Assembly: GCA_031459655.1 (NCBI GenBank)
Contig: JAVKID010000003.1
Location: forward strand, 1-60,629
Direction of reading: 5' to 3'
Source: Candidatus Fervidifonticultor octavus
GTDB taxonomy: Bacteria; Sysuimicrobiota; Sysuimicrobiia; Sysuimicrobiales; Humicultoraceae
Length of the DNA: 60,629 nucleotides
Under the pieces are notes generated by a model, which was not told the DNA's origin, ran no database searches, and saw only the letters and a program-made list of their open reading frames with translations. Below, piece by piece: positions 16,688 to 27,010 of the stretch; positions within the stretch are counted from its first letter, which is position 1; every line of letters starts with the position of its first letter. Both the position numbers and the translations under genes were made by a program.

Positions 16688-17917
16688 CTACCGGAGGGCC
16701 CCATCCGGCAACGCGAAGGCCGCAGCGGCCAGGTTCGCGATGTGCCGGCCGATGGCCAGCGAGGCTGTGGCTGCTGGTGAGGGCGCGTTCAGCACGTGGA
16801 TGGCGCGCGGTGCCTCCACGATGTGGAAGTCGTCCAGCAGTCGGCCATCGGGGGCGACCGCCTGGGCCCGTACCCCGGCGCCGCCGCGGGTCACATCGTC
16901 CGGGCGGAGATCGGGGACCAGGCGCTGGAGGGTCCGGACGAACGCCCTGCGGGACAGCGACCGGTAGACTTCGTAGAGCCCCGTCTGCCAGTAGCGAGCG
17001 GCCATGCGCCAGAAGCCGGGAAAGACCAGGGTCGCCGCGACCTCTGCGGGTCGGATGTGTCGCCACGAATACCCTTCCCGGGCCAGCGCCAGCACGGCGT
17101 TGGGCCCGGCTTCCACCTCGCCGGAGACGGTCCGCGTGAAGTGCACCCCCAGGAACGGAACCTCCGGATCGGGAACCGGGTAGATCAGCCCGCGCACCAG
17201 ATCCCGGCGCTCCGGCCGCAGCAGGTAGTACTCTCCCCGAAACGGGATGATGCGGATCTCGGGCGCGATCCCGACCATCTGCGCGATGCGGTCGGCGTGC
17301 AGGCCCGCGCAGTTGATCACCCAGCGCGCGCGTATTTCGCCTCCGCCCGCCTGCACGACGAAACCGTCCGCATACGGCCTGATGGCAGTCACCGGGGTGG
17401 CGGTCCGGACCGAGGCGCCGCGCCGCCTCGCCGCCTCCGCCATGGCCAGCGCGACCCGGCGAAAATCCACGCTGGCGGTCCGCGGAGAGTAGAGCGCCCG
17501 CAGTCCCGCCGCGTGCGGCTCGATCTCGCGCAGGCGCTCGGGGCCGATCCGCTCGAGGCCTTCAACGCCGTTGGCTCTGCCGCGCTCGTAGAGGTCGTCC
17601 AGGCGGGGCAGTTCGCGGGCGTCGGTGGCAACAATGACCTTCCCCAACTCCGCGACGGGAATCCCCCACTCAGCGCAACATGCGCGCAGCAACCGCGCGC
17701 CTTCCACGCACAGGCGGGCCTTGGCCGAACCGGGCCGGTAGTAGATGCCGGAGTGGATCACCCCGCTGTTGTGCCCGGTCTGGTGCATGCCGACATCGGG
17801 TTCCTTCTCGAGCACGGCCACGCGGAGGTCCGGATGCCGCCCGGTCAGGGCCAGCGCCGTCGCCAGCCCGACGATGCCGCCGCCGATGACGAGCAGGTCG
17901 ACCGAGTGGTCATCCAT
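16688..17917 (-). CDS. lhgO: FAD-dependent L-2-hydroxyglutarate oxidase/dehydrogenase
   Basis: 409 aa from MDDHSVDLLVIGGGIVGLATALAL, plus HQTGHNSGVIHSGIYYRPGS and IHVLNAPSPAATASLAIG. Confidence 0.85.
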   Translation of the reverse strand: MDDHSVDLLVIGGGIVGLATALALTGRHPDLRVAVLEKEPDVGMHQTGHNSGVIHSGIYYRPGSAKARLCVEGARLLRACCAEWGIPVAELGKVIVATDARELPRLDDLYERGRANGVEGLERIGPERLREIEPHAAGLRALYSPRTASVDFRRVALAMAEAARRRGASVRTATPVTAIRPYADGFVVQAGGGEIRARWVINCAGLHADRIAQMVGIAPEIRIIPFRGEYYLLRPERRDLVRGLIYPVPDPEVPFLGVHFTRTVSGEVEAGPNAVLALAREGYSWRHIRPAEVAATLVFPGFWRMAARYWQTGLYEVYRSLSRRAFVRTLQRLVPDLRPDDVTRGGAGVRAQAVAPDGRLLDDFHIVEAPRAIHVLNAPSPAATASLAIGRHIANLAAAAFALPDGALR

Positions 17918-18008
17918 GGATGCCAGCCCCCAGACACCTTCGGACGACCGAGGGCGCGGCCCTGCCAGGCAGGAGACGGCCGGCCCGCCGCCTAGCAGTG
18001 GCGGGACG

Positions 18009-19566
18009 ATGACCTCACCGCGCTGGACCCTGGCAGCCGCGATCGTCGGCTCGGGCATCGTCTTCCTCGACTCCACCGTCGTGAACGTGGCGCTCCCCAG
18101 CATCGGCCGGGACCTGCCCACCGCCCTCTTCGGCGTGCTGGAGGGACAGTCGTACGTCTACAACGGCCACCTGTTGACGTTGAGCGCGCTGCTCATCCTG
18201 GCCGGGGCGCTGAACGACTACTACGGCCGCAGGCGGATGTTCGCGCTGGGTCTGGCCGGCTTTGCCGTGACCTCGGTCCTCTGCGGCCTGGCGCCGACCA
18301 TGGAATGGCTGATCCTGTTCCGCATCCTGCAGGGGGCGGCCGGGGCGCTGCTGGGTGCCCGGGTCGCTGTCGCTCATCACCGCCACCTTCACAGGCGAGG
18401 AGTAGGGGCGGGCCTTCGGGCTCTGGGCGGGAGCGTCGGGGACAACCACTATCCTGGGTCCGGTGATCGGCGGCCTGCTGGTGGATGCGATCTCCTGGCG
18501 CATGGCGTTTCTCATCAACGTTCCGCTCGTGGCGTTTGCGCTGTGGGCGACGCTGGCGCATGTGGGAGAGAGCCGCGACGAGCAGGCCTCCGGGGCCTTC
18601 GACTGGCTCGGGGCATTCGTCATCGCTGTGGCGGTCGGCGGGCTGGCGTTCGGGGCCATCTACGACCAGCAGCGCGAGTGGCGGGACCCGCTGGCGTTCG
18701 TCGTCCTGCCGGTCGGCGCGCTTGCGACGGTGGCGTTCCCCCTCCTGATGGCGCGCTCGTCCAACCCGCTGGTGCCCCTGCACCTGTTCAGGTCGCGCAA
18801 CTTCACGGTGACCAACCTCTCGACGTTCTTGATCTACGGCGCCCTCTACGTGTCGTTCTACTATGCGCCCCTGTTCATGCAGGGCACGCTCGGCTATACC
18901 GCGGCGGCGGTCGGCCTCTCGACCGTGCCGAGGACGCTGTTCCTGGTGTTGCTCTCATCGCGCTTCGGTGCGCTGGCCGGACGGCACGGGCCGCGCTGGT
19001 TCATGGCGGTCGGCCCGGCGATCATGGCGGCGGGAGTGCTCTGGCTGGCCCGCGTCCCGTCCGACTCCGCCGCGTGGGCGTTCGGCCCTGGGAACCTGGC
19101 GGGCCTGATCCCGCCGGCCGGCTACCTGGTGGACTTCCTCCCCGGGTTCGTCGTCTTCGGCATCGGCCTGTGCATCATGGTGGCGCCGCTGACCACCTGC
19201 CTGATGACCTCGGTGCCGGTGCGCCACTCAGGCGTCGCCTCGGCGATCAACAACGCCATCTCGCGGATCGGACCGCAACTGGCCGGGGCGCTCATCTTCG
19301 TCGCCATCACGGCGAGCTTCTACGCCGGGCTGGGCGCGCGCGTGCCGGGGCTTGATGTCACATCGCCCCGCCTGCGTGCGCAGATCGCTCCGCTCAACCG
19401 GCCGGCGGCCGGCGTTCCAGCCGACCAGGTCGCCGCAGCCCGCCGCGCATCCACCGAGGCCTTTCACCTGGCGATGCTGATCAGCGCCGGGCTGCTGGCA
19501 GTCGGCGCGGTCGTCAACGCGGTGTGGAGTACCAATCCGCCTCGGCGCCACCCGACGCCCACCTGA
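18009..19566 (+). pseudogene. DHA2-family MFS transporter gene with a +1 frameshift and an in-frame TAG
   Basis: The N-terminal part (MTSPRWTLAAAIVGSGIVFLDSTVVNVALPSIGRDL...FRILQGAAGALL) is in one frame. After an extra G near 18354 the sequence continues VPGSLSLITATFTGEE-TAG(18403-18405)-GRAFGLWAGASG...GPVIGGLLVDAISWRMAFLINVP in the next frame, ending at TGA 19564-19566. Confidence 0.7.
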
Positions 19567-19623
19567 CGGAGCAATTACATCCCCGCAGGTTCCGTCAGGC
19601 ATAGGCACACTCCCCTTTCAGTT

Positions 19624-19632
19624 TGTCATAAT
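19624..19632 (+). promoter_or_regulatory. candidate extended -10 element upstream of guaB
   Basis: TGTCATAAT (TGn + CATAAT) 46 nt upstream of ATG 19678. The -35 is weak (GGCACA). Confidence 0.3.
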
Positions 19633-19677
19633 GGGATCGGGCAGGAGCCCTCAGGGCAGCCCTTTGGGGAGATACCC

Positions 19678-21120
19678 ATGCAGGAGTACCCATTCCGGCT
19701 CGGCCTGACCTTTGACGACGTCCTCCTGGTGCCGAAGCGTTCGGGCGTGACCAGCCGGGCCCAGGTGGAGACCCGGTCCCTCCTCACCCGGCACATCGAG
19801 GTGGCGGTGCCCATCGTCAGTGCCAACATGGATTCGGTCACCGAGAGCGAGATGGCCATCGCCATGGCCCGCGAGGGCGGCATCGGCATCATCCACCGGT
19901 TCCTGACCGTGGAGCAGCAGGTGGCGGAGGTGCGCCGGGTCAAGCGGGCGGAGAGCATCGTCATCGAGGAACCCTACAGGTTCGGCCCCACCCGCACCGT
20001 GCGCGACGCGGTGACCTTCATGGAGGAGCACGGTTCCGCGGGACTGCTGATCGTCGACGGCGACGGGCAACTCCTGGGGATGGTGACGGCCCGCGACCTC
20101 CTCTTCGCCGACGGGCAAGACCGGCCCCTGGCCTCGGTCATGACGCCCCGGGAGCGGCTCATTACGGCGCCGCCGGACGTTAGCCTGGAGGAAGCGCGGG
20201 CGATCCTCCACAAGCACCGCATCGAGAAACTCCCGCTGGTGGACGGAGAGGGACGCCTGAGGGGTCTGATTACCAGCCGGGACATCCGCAGCCGCCTCAA
20301 ACACCCCGGCGCCACCAAGGACACCAAGGGGCGCCTGCGGGTGGGGGCAGCGGTCGGGATTCGCGGCGACTACCTGGAACGGGCCGACGCCGTGGTCGCC
20401 GAGGGTGCAGATGTCCTGGTGCTGGATGTGGCCCACGGCCACACCGACGCCGCCCTGTCGGCACTGGAGCGGCTGCGCGAGCGGTTCCCGGAGGTGGACC
20501 TGGTCGCCGGCAACGTCGCCACGGCTGAAGGGACCATCGACCTGATCGAGCGCGGTGCCGACGCCGTCAAGGTGGGGGTGGGGCCCGGCTCAACCTGCAC
20601 CACCAGGATCGTCACCGGCGCCGGCGTGCCGCAGCTCACGGCGATCATGGACTGCGCCCGTGTCGCGCGAGCGCGTGGGGTGCCGATCATCGCCGACGGC
20701 GGCATCCGCAACTCCGGCGACCTGACCAAGGCCCTGGCCGCAGGCGCCCACACGGTGATGCTGGGGAACCTGCTGGCCGGCACCGAGGAGGCACCCGGCG
20801 CACTCATCATCCGCAATGGCCGACAGTACAAGACCTACCGCGGCATGGCCAGCCTGTGGGCCGCGGCCCGGCGCCACGCCCTCGACGCCCCGATGGAAGA
20901 CGAGGACATCAGTCAGATCGTCGCCGAGGGTGTCGAGGCCACCGTGCCCTACCGGGGCAAGGTGACAGACGTGCTGGCCCAGCTCGTCGGCGGCCTGCGG
21001 TCGGGGATGAGTTACTGCGGGGCGCGGACGATCCCCGAACTTCACGAGAGGGCCGAGTTCATGCAGATCACGCAGGCCGGCATGAAGGAGAGCCTGCCGC
21101 ACGATGTGGAGCCGCTCTGA
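19678..21120 (+). CDS. guaB: IMP dehydrogenase
   Basis: 480 aa. [19 protein letters not shown], a CBS pair, [11 protein letters not shown] (catalytic Cys loop), [12 protein letters not shown]. Confidence 0.95.
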   Translation: MQEYPFRLGLTFDDVLLVPKRSGVTSRAQVETRSLLTRHIEVAVPIVSANMDSVTESEMAIAMAREGGIGIIHRFLTVEQQVAEVRRVKRAESIVIEEPYRFGPTRTVRDAVTFMEEHGSAGLLIVDGDGQLLGMVTARDLLFADGQDRPLASVMTPRERLITAPPDVSLEEARAILHKHRIEKLPLVDGEGRLRGLITSRDIRSRLKHPGATKDTKGRLRVGAAVGIRGDYLERADAVVAEGADVLVLDVAHGHTDAALSALERLRERFPEVDLVAGNVATAEGTIDLIERGADAVKVGVGPGSTCTTRIVTGAGVPQLTAIMDCARVARARGVPIIADGGIRNSGDLTKALAAGAHTVMLGNLLAGTEEAPGALIIRNGRQYKTYRGMASLWAAARRHALDAPMEDEDISQIVAEGVEATVPYRGKVTDVLAQLVGGLRSGMSYCGARTIPELHERAEFMQITQAGMKESLPHDVEPL

Positions 21121-21485
21121 TGACGACGCTCGTTGAGATGAAGTGCACCGCCTGCCGGGGCGGCGAGCCCACGCTGACCGACGCCGAGATCGCCGACCTG
21201 CACCCGCAGGTGCCCGACTGGCAACTGGTCGAGCGCGACGGGATCCGGCGCCTGGAGCGCGTCTTCAAGTTCAAGACCTTCGCCCAGGCCCTGGCCTTCA
21301 CCAACAAGGTCGGCGAACTCGCCGAGGCCGAGGGGCACCACCCGGCGATCCTGACCGAGTGGGGTCGGGTCACCGTGACCTGGTGGACGCACAAGATCAA
21401 GGGGCTCCACCGCAACGACTTCATCATGGCGGCCAAGACAGACCAGGCGTTCGCCTCGGCGAGCGCCTCCATGTCCTCGGGCTGA
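21120..21485 (+). CDS. 4a-hydroxytetrahydrobiopterin (pterin-4-alpha-carbinolamine) dehydratase
   Basis: 121 aa. ..[62 protein letters not shown]. The ATG overlaps the guaB TGA by 1 nt. Confidence 0.9.
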   Translation: MTTLVEMKCTACRGGEPTLTDAEIADLHPQVPDWQLVERDGIRRLERVFKFKTFAQALAFTNKVGELAEAEGHHPAILTEWGRVTVTWWTHKIKGLHRNDFIMAAKTDQAFASASASMSSG

Positions 21486-21493
21486 GCGACCGG

Positions 21494-21769
21494 TCAGGGC
21501 AACCGGAGCACGACCCAGAGCAACAGCGCCAGGAAGACCGCGCTGGTGGCCTTGTCCACGACCACGACCGCCGCCTCCTCCAGAGGCGGCGGGCCCCGTC
21601 GTACCCGACCCTTAAGGATGTCCTCAAGCGGCCCCACGACCCCCACAGCCAGCACGATCACCTGGGAGAGCGGGCTCTGGCCTGTGAGATACCTCTGCGC
21701 GCCGATCCAGAGGAGCCCGAGGAAGAGCATCAGGTTGATCAGGTGCAGGATCCTGGCGACAGTGTTCAT
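21494..21769 (-). CDS. small hypothetical membrane protein
   Basis: 91 aa with three hydrophobic segments and strong GC third-position bias. No family recognised. Confidence 0.5.
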   Translation of the reverse strand: MNTVARILHLINLMLFLGLLWIGAQRYLTGQSPLSQVIVLAVGVVGPLEDILKGRVRRGPPPLEEAAVVVVDKATSAVFLALLLWVVLRLP

Positions 21770-21839
21770 CTGTGACCTCCCGGGAGGCCATGCCTATGCC
21801 GACAAGGACTTCCCCCCGCAGCCTCCGAACCCCCTCTCG

Positions 21840-24800
21840 ATGTCCGAGGTCCGACGAAAGGTCATCACGGCTATCTTCGCCGACCTGGTGGGCTCGACCG
21901 GACTCACCGAACGGCTCGATCCCGAGGAGGCGCGCGAGGTCGTCGGGCTGTTCTACACCACGGTGCAGCAGGCGGTCGAGCGGTTCGAGGGCACCGTGGC
22001 CAATCTTCTGGGCGACGCGGTCCTGGCGGTCTTCGGGTTGCCGGTGGCGCACGAAGACGACCCCGAGCGCGCCGTCGGGGCGGGCCTGACCATGCGGGAC
22101 GCCATGGCCGGCCTGAATGAGCGCCTGGCCGCCGACTATGGCCTGGACCTGGCCGTCCGCGTCGGGATCAACACCGGGGAGGTCGTGGCGGCCTCGGGCG
22201 TCACCTTCGACCGCGACTTCCTCATCGCCGATGCGGTCACCACGGCCGCGCGCATCCAGCAGGCGGTGCAGCCCGGCACCGTGGTAGTCGGCGAGCGCAC
22301 CTACCGCCTGATCCGTCAGCGCTTCGAGTGTCAGGAACTGCCGCCGCTGGAGGTGAAGGGGAAGACCGCGCCCCTGCGCGTCTGGGAGGTCGTCGCTCCC
22401 CTGCCTGCGCGACAGGAGGCCGCGGGGGTCGCCTCGCCGCTGGTCGACCGGCAGATCGAACTCGAGGTCCTGCGCCAGCTCTTCGAGCGCAGCCGCAGCG
22501 AAGGGCTGGTCCACCTGGTCACGGTGGTGGGGCAGCCCGGCATCGGCAAGAGCCGGCTCCTGCGCGAGTTCCTGGCCGACGCCGCCCGAACCGAACCGCC
22601 GCCGCTGGTCCTGCGCGGACGGAGCCCGGCGTTCGGCGGCCAGATCGGCTACCACGCGCTGCTGGACATCCTGCGGGAGCAAGGCGGGCTCCAGGACACC
22701 GATGCCTCCGAGGCAGTACGCGCGAAACTGAATGAGTGGCTGCGCCGGGTGCTGCCCGATCACCCCGGCCTCCTCGACGGATTGCTCGTGACCTTCGGGA
22801 TGACCAAGGGGGCGCCGGCGGATCCCGAGCAGCTCCGCCGGGAACTCTTGGCGGCGTGGAGGACGCTGCTCTTTGGCCTGGCCGCGTCCCGACCGGTCGT
22901 TGCGGTATTTGAGGACGTCCACTGGGCCGACGACGGGGTGCTCGACCTGATCGACTCCCTGGTCACCGGCGCAGATAGCGTCGCGCTCTACCTGGTCTGT
23001 CTGAGCCGGCCTGAACTGTTGGAGCGGCGGCCGCATTGGGGCGGAGGGCGGCGCAACGCCATGACGATCGACCTCCGGCCGCTTCGCCTGCAGCAGACCC
23101 GCCAACTCGTGGACGCCATGGGGCCATCGCTGACACCGCAGATGCAGGAGACAATCGCTCAACGAGCCGAGGGCAACCCTCTGTTCGCGGAAGAACTCGT
23201 CCGTATGTTTGCCGACCGTGCGGAGGCCGACCGCGCTGCGACCGCAGACGCCACCGTCCCTGACACCGTCCAGGCAGTAATCACCGCGCGGATCGACCGG
23301 CTGCGGCCCGAGGAGCGCCGGGCCCTGCAGGCAGCGGCGGTCATCGGCCGGACCTTCTGGCCCTCGGCAGTCGCCGAACTCGCGGCCCTGTCCGTCGAAG
23401 AGGCCCGACACGCCATCCAGCTCCTGATGGCCAAGGACCTGGTCGCCGGACACCAGTCGTCGACCATTGCCGGCGAGACGGAGTACGCATTCCGGCAAAC
23501 CCTTACCCGCGATGTGGCGTATGGGATGCTGCCGCGCTCGCAGCGCCAGCGCGCCCACGCCCTGGCGGCCCGATGGCTGGAGGAACGGCTGGGCGAGCGC
23601 GCCGAGGAGGCGATAGAGGTCCTGGCGGAACACTTCCGCACGGCCGGCGACCACGCGAAGGCGGCGGCCTATCTCCAGCGCGCCGCGGCGAAGGCCCGGC
23701 GCCTGTACGCCAACCACGATGCCATCCGCCTCTACGACCAAGCGCTGGAGGCCGCGTCGAAGGCGTCGCTGGCCGAGCAGATCCCTCGGATCGCCCTCGG
23801 CCGCGGCGAGGTCCACCAGTTGCTCGGCCGGTATCCTGCGGCGCTGGCCGACCTCGAGATGGGCCTGGCCGTGGCCCAACAGACTGGAGACCGCGCGCTG
23901 GAGGTGGTGTTGGAACACCGCATCGGGTTCGTCCACCACCGCGAAGCCCGACTGGAGGAAGCCGAAGCGCACTTCACGCGCGCCGCGGAGTTGGCACGGG
24001 CGCAGGGTGACCGTCAGACGCTCGGGCTCTCGCTGGTGGATCTGGCCACGGTCAACTGGGACCGGGGCTGCATGCCGGCCGCCGACCGGATCCTCACCGA
24101 GGGGATTACCCTCCTGCGGGACCTCGGCGACCGCTCGAGCCTGGCCCGCGCCTTGAACCTCCGATGCATGCTGCACCTGGCACTCGGCAACGGTGCCGAA
24201 GCCCTCGCGGCCGCGCAGGAGGCCCTGGTCACCGCGCGCGAGGCCGGCGACCGATCCCGGGAAGCCACCAGCCTCAGCTACCTGAGCGTCGTGCACAACT
24301 GGCTGGGACGGTCGCGGGTCGGCATCGAGTACGCGACGGCAGCGCTGGCGATCGCGGAATCCATCGGCGACCGCCGACGCATGGCCTACGCCAAGGAGTT
24401 CCTGACGCAGGCCCTGACGGACCTGGGCGAGTGGGGCGAGGGCATCCGCCTGACCCTGGAGTACCTGCCTCTGGCCTACGAGGTAACACCGCAGGAACTC
24501 CTCTTCTGCTATACGTTCCTTGGTCTGATGTACTACGAGATCGGGGTGTGGGATCGGGCCAGGGAGGCGTTCCGGACTGCCGCAACCTTTCCGACGAGCA
24601 GCCCCGGGTGGAGAAAAGTCAGCCTGATGGCGATGGCGTATGTGGCCCGCCTCGACCAGGACCTCCACGCGCTCCACCAGGTGCTCGATCAGCTCCTCCC
24701 CCTCCCGGCGGGGCAGTTTGTGCCGACCGATGGAGCGGTCATCCTCCCCATAGCCGAGGCGCTACGGGACGCGGGCCGCCTCGATGATCTGCGCGGGTTT

Positions 24801-25130
24801 CTGGCGAACCACGGACCGGTGATCGAACGGCTGGCGGCCCCCCCGCATCTGGCGGCGCTGGACTCCGCCAAGGCGCTGCTGGCGCTCCGCGACGGCGACC
24901 GCCACGCCGCCCGCGCGCACCTGGACGAGGCAGTCCGGCTGGCGGAGTCGTGCGAGCACGTCGTGACGATCCGCCGGGCCCGCGAGGTGCGGCTGGAGGC
25001 GTTCAACACCGAAGAAGACCGCCAGGCGCTGCGGGGGCTCTACGCGCGCATCGCGGACGGACTGCCCGATGACCTCCGGGAGGTCTTCCTGGCGAGCCCC
25101 CGCGTGGCGCCCATCGTTGGGGGGGTCTGA
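21840..25130 (+). CDS. class III adenylate/guanylate cyclase fused to a STAND-type P-loop ATPase and TPR repeats
   Basis: 1096 aa from ATG 21840. The cyclase core is VITAIFADLVGSTGLTE...GDAVLAVFGLPVAHEDDPERAV...RVGINTGEVV. Walker A is VVGQPGIGKSRLL. A long TPR-like C-terminus follows. Confidence 0.85.
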   Translation: MSEVRRKVITAIFADLVGSTGLTERLDPEEAREVVGLFYTTVQQAVERFEGTVANLLGDAVLAVFGLPVAHEDDPERAVGAGLTMRDAMAGLNERLAADYGLDLAVRVGINTGEVVAASGVTFDRDFLIADAVTTAARIQQAVQPGTVVVGERTYRLIRQRFECQELPPLEVKGKTAPLRVWEVVAPLPARQEAAGVASPLVDRQIELEVLRQLFERSRSEGLVHLVTVVGQPGIGKSRLLREFLADAARTEPPPLVLRGRSPAFGGQIGYHALLDILREQGGLQDTDASEAVRAKLNEWLRRVLPDHPGLLDGLLVTFGMTKGAPADPEQLRRELLAAWRTLLFGLAASRPVVAVFEDVHWADDGVLDLIDSLVTGADSVALYLVCLSRPELLERRPHWGGGRRNAMTIDLRPLRLQQTRQLVDAMGPSLTPQMQETIAQRAEGNPLFAEELVRMFADRAEADRAATADATVPDTVQAVITARIDRLRPEERRALQAAAVIGRTFWPSAVAELAALSVEEARHAIQLLMAKDLVAGHQSSTIAGETEYAFRQTLTRDVAYGMLPRSQRQRAHALAARWLEERLGERAEEAIEVLAEHFRTAGDHAKAAAYLQRAAAKARRLYANHDAIRLYDQALEAASKASLAEQIPRIALGRGEVHQLLGRYPAALADLEMGLAVAQQTGDRALEVVLEHRIGFVHHREARLEEAEAHFTRAAELARAQGDRQTLGLSLVDLATVNWDRGCMPAADRILTEGITLLRDLGDRSSLARALNLRCMLHLALGNGAEALAAAQEALVTAREAGDRSREATSLSYLSVVHNWLGRSRVGIEYATAALAIAESIGDRRRMAYAKEFLTQALTDLGEWGEGIRLTLEYLPLAYEVTPQELLFCYTFLGLMYYEIGVWDRAREAFRTAATFPTSSPGWRKVSLMAMAYVARLDQDLHALHQVLDQLLPLPAGQFVPTDGAVILPIAEALRDAGRLDDLRGFLANHGPVIERLAAPPHLAALDSAKALLALRDGDRHAARAHLDEAVRLAESCEHVVTIRRAREVRLEAFNTEEDRQALRGLYARIADGLPDDLREVFLASPRVAPIVGGV

Positions 25131-25198
25131 GGACGCGCGCAGGCCCGCCGCGGTCGTGCAGCGCCGGCACAGGCTGTCGGCGCCCTGCGACCCGAAGA

Positions 25199-26386
25199 TC
25201 ACGTTCGGTGGCGCCGTACCGCGAGCGCGGCCGCCAGCGCCGCGCCGCACGCCGGTGCCACGCCGGCCAGGCCAAACATCGCCGGCAGGCCCAGCATCCG
25301 CCCCGCGAACCCGCCGCCAATGGCGCCGAAGGCGATCCCGATCTCCAAAAAGATCCCCATCGTCGCCATCGCGCTGCCTTGCTCCCGCGGGGGGATCAGG
25401 TCCGCCGCCAGCGCGTAGAGCGCGGGCGAGCCGATGCCCAGCGCGAGGCCCGAGAGCCCGGCCGCCAGCACCAGCATCCACCCGTCCGCCAGTGCCGTGG
25501 TCCACATGCCCAGCATGCCCAGGACCAGCCCGGGCAGGATCACCGGGATCCTGCCGACCCGGTCCGAGATCCGGCCTGAGGTCACCTGGGCCAGCAGGAT
25601 CCCCAGCGCGTGGGCCGTGAACACCAGGCCCGGGTTCTCCAGCCCGCGGCGGGCGGCGTGGGCCGGCAGCAGCCCCACGTTTGCCCCGAAGGGGACCATC
25701 ATCAACAGCATGAGCAGGCCCGGCCCCATCAACGCGCGGTGGAGGGTGTAGCGGCGGCCGGGCCCCTCCGGCCCCCGCCGCAGCGCGCGCATCGGCCAGG
25801 CCAACGCCGCCGCGAGCAGTGCCACAGCGGCGCTGGCGGCAAACAGCCACGCGTAGCCTGATCGCCTCGCCAGCGCAACTCCGGCCGGCGGCCCGAGCAC
25901 CTGGGCCAGCGTCAGGGACACACTGTAGAAGCCGAAGGCCTCACCCCGCTGCCTCGGCGGCGCCAGGGCGACGGCCAGGGACTGGCCGGACGTGATGAAG
26001 ACTGCGATGGCCAGACCCGTCAGGGCCCGGAAGGCCAGGACGCCGGGGACCGACGCGGCCAGCCAGTAGCCCAGCGCGGCCGTCGCGTAGAGGCCGACCC
26101 CAACCAGCAGCGCCCATGCGCCCCCGCCGCGATCCACCCACCACCCGACCCACGGCCGGGCGGCCAGTGAGGTGAGGGCGATCAGCCCCACCATGGCTCC
26201 CAGCACCACTTCGTCGGCACCCAGATCGAGCACGTAGAGCGGAAGGCCGGCGCTCAGCAGCTGGACGCTCGCGGTGCCCCCCAGGGCCACCGCGCACAGC
26301 CGCAGGAAGGCGGGGGAAAAGATGCGCGCCGGCGAGGGCCGTGCAGGCCCCTCGCCGGCCACCGCGGGCGTGATGGGCCGATTCAC
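25199..26386 (-). CDS. MFS transporter (12-TMS type)
   Basis: 395 aa, uniformly hydrophobic, with WWVDRGGG and GRISDRVGR loop motifs. Confidence 0.85.
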   Translation of the reverse strand: MNRPITPAVAGEGPARPSPARIFSPAFLRLCAVALGGTASVQLLSAGLPLYVLDLGADEVVLGAMVGLIALTSLAARPWVGWWVDRGGGAWALLVGVGLYATAALGYWLAASVPGVLAFRALTGLAIAVFITSGQSLAVALAPPRQRGEAFGFYSVSLTLAQVLGPPAGVALARRSGYAWLFAASAAVALLAAALAWPMRALRRGPEGPGRRYTLHRALMGPGLLMLLMMVPFGANVGLLPAHAARRGLENPGLVFTAHALGILLAQVTSGRISDRVGRIPVILPGLVLGMLGMWTTALADGWMLVLAAGLSGLALGIGSPALYALAADLIPPREQGSAMATMGIFLEIGIAFGAIGGGFAGRMLGLPAMFGLAGVAPACGAALAAALAVRRHRT

Positions 26387-26417
26387 GGCTCGCAGGGGAG
26401 CCGGAGGGGTGCCGCGT

Positions 26418-26915
26418 CTACCCCTTGTCGGTCCCCTCCCGGGCCAGGTAGTCTTCCACCAGCAGCAGCCCGCCCTCGCCGGCGCGGCGCACGACGCTCA
26501 GCAACTTCTCCATGCTGGAGACCTCCTCCAGTTGTTCCTCGACGAACCACTGGAGGAACTGCTGCGTGGTGTAGTCGTGCTCCTTGACGGCCAGCTCCAG
26601 GATGCCGTGGATCTGCCTGGTGACGTCCTGTTCCCACCGCAGCGAGAGGCCCACCGCCTCCTCGGCCGTGGCGAACTCGTTCTTGGGACCGGCGACCGCC
26701 GGAATCGCGACCTTCGCGCCCGCGTCCACCAGGTATTTGATGAACCGCATGGCGTGGTCGCGCTCTTCCTCGGCCTGACGGTAGAAGTGTTTGGCCAGCC
26801 GGGGCAGGTTCTCGGTGTCGAAGTGCGCCGCGATGGCCACGTACTGAAGGAACGCGCCGAATTCACGGCCGACCTGCTCGTTGATGGCCGTGTTCATCTC
26901 CTGGCTGATCAGCAT
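26418..26915 (-). CDS. non-haem ferritin
   Basis: 165 aa from MLISQEMNTAINEQVGREFGAFLQYVAIAAHF; EEERDHAMRFIKYL and FLQWFVEEQLEE ferroxidase-centre blocks. GGAGGAGG upstream of ATG 26913-26915. Confidence 0.9.
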   Translation of the reverse strand: MLISQEMNTAINEQVGREFGAFLQYVAIAAHFDTENLPRLAKHFYRQAEEERDHAMRFIKYLVDAGAKVAIPAVAGPKNEFATAEEAVGLSLRWEQDVTRQIHGILELAVKEHDYTTQQFLQWFVEEQLEEVSSMEKLLSVVRRAGEGGLLLVEDYLAREGTDKG

Positions 26916-27010
26916 GGGACCTCCTCCGGCCCATCCCCCCACATCCGCCGATCCGCCTGTGAGGGAACCGGATCCTCGTGGTCAACACCTAACATTCTAG
27001 GGGCCTTCGC

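Noticed and set aside
18403-18405. In-frame TAG codons at 18403 and 35632 as possible pyrrolysine or stop-codon reassignment.
   Set aside because: TAG is used as the normal terminator of several intact genes here (1869-1871, 5276-5278, 8537-8539, 26418-26420). Both TAG-containing genes also carry frameshifts, and no pyl genes are visible. Ordinary nonsense mutations fit better.
26916-27010. A Fur/iron box upstream of the ferritin gene.
   Set aside because: I found no GATAATGATAATCATTATC-like sequence. There is only a TAGAAT hexamer and a short GGGCCT/AGGCCC hairpin around the upstream stop codon, which is too weak to call.
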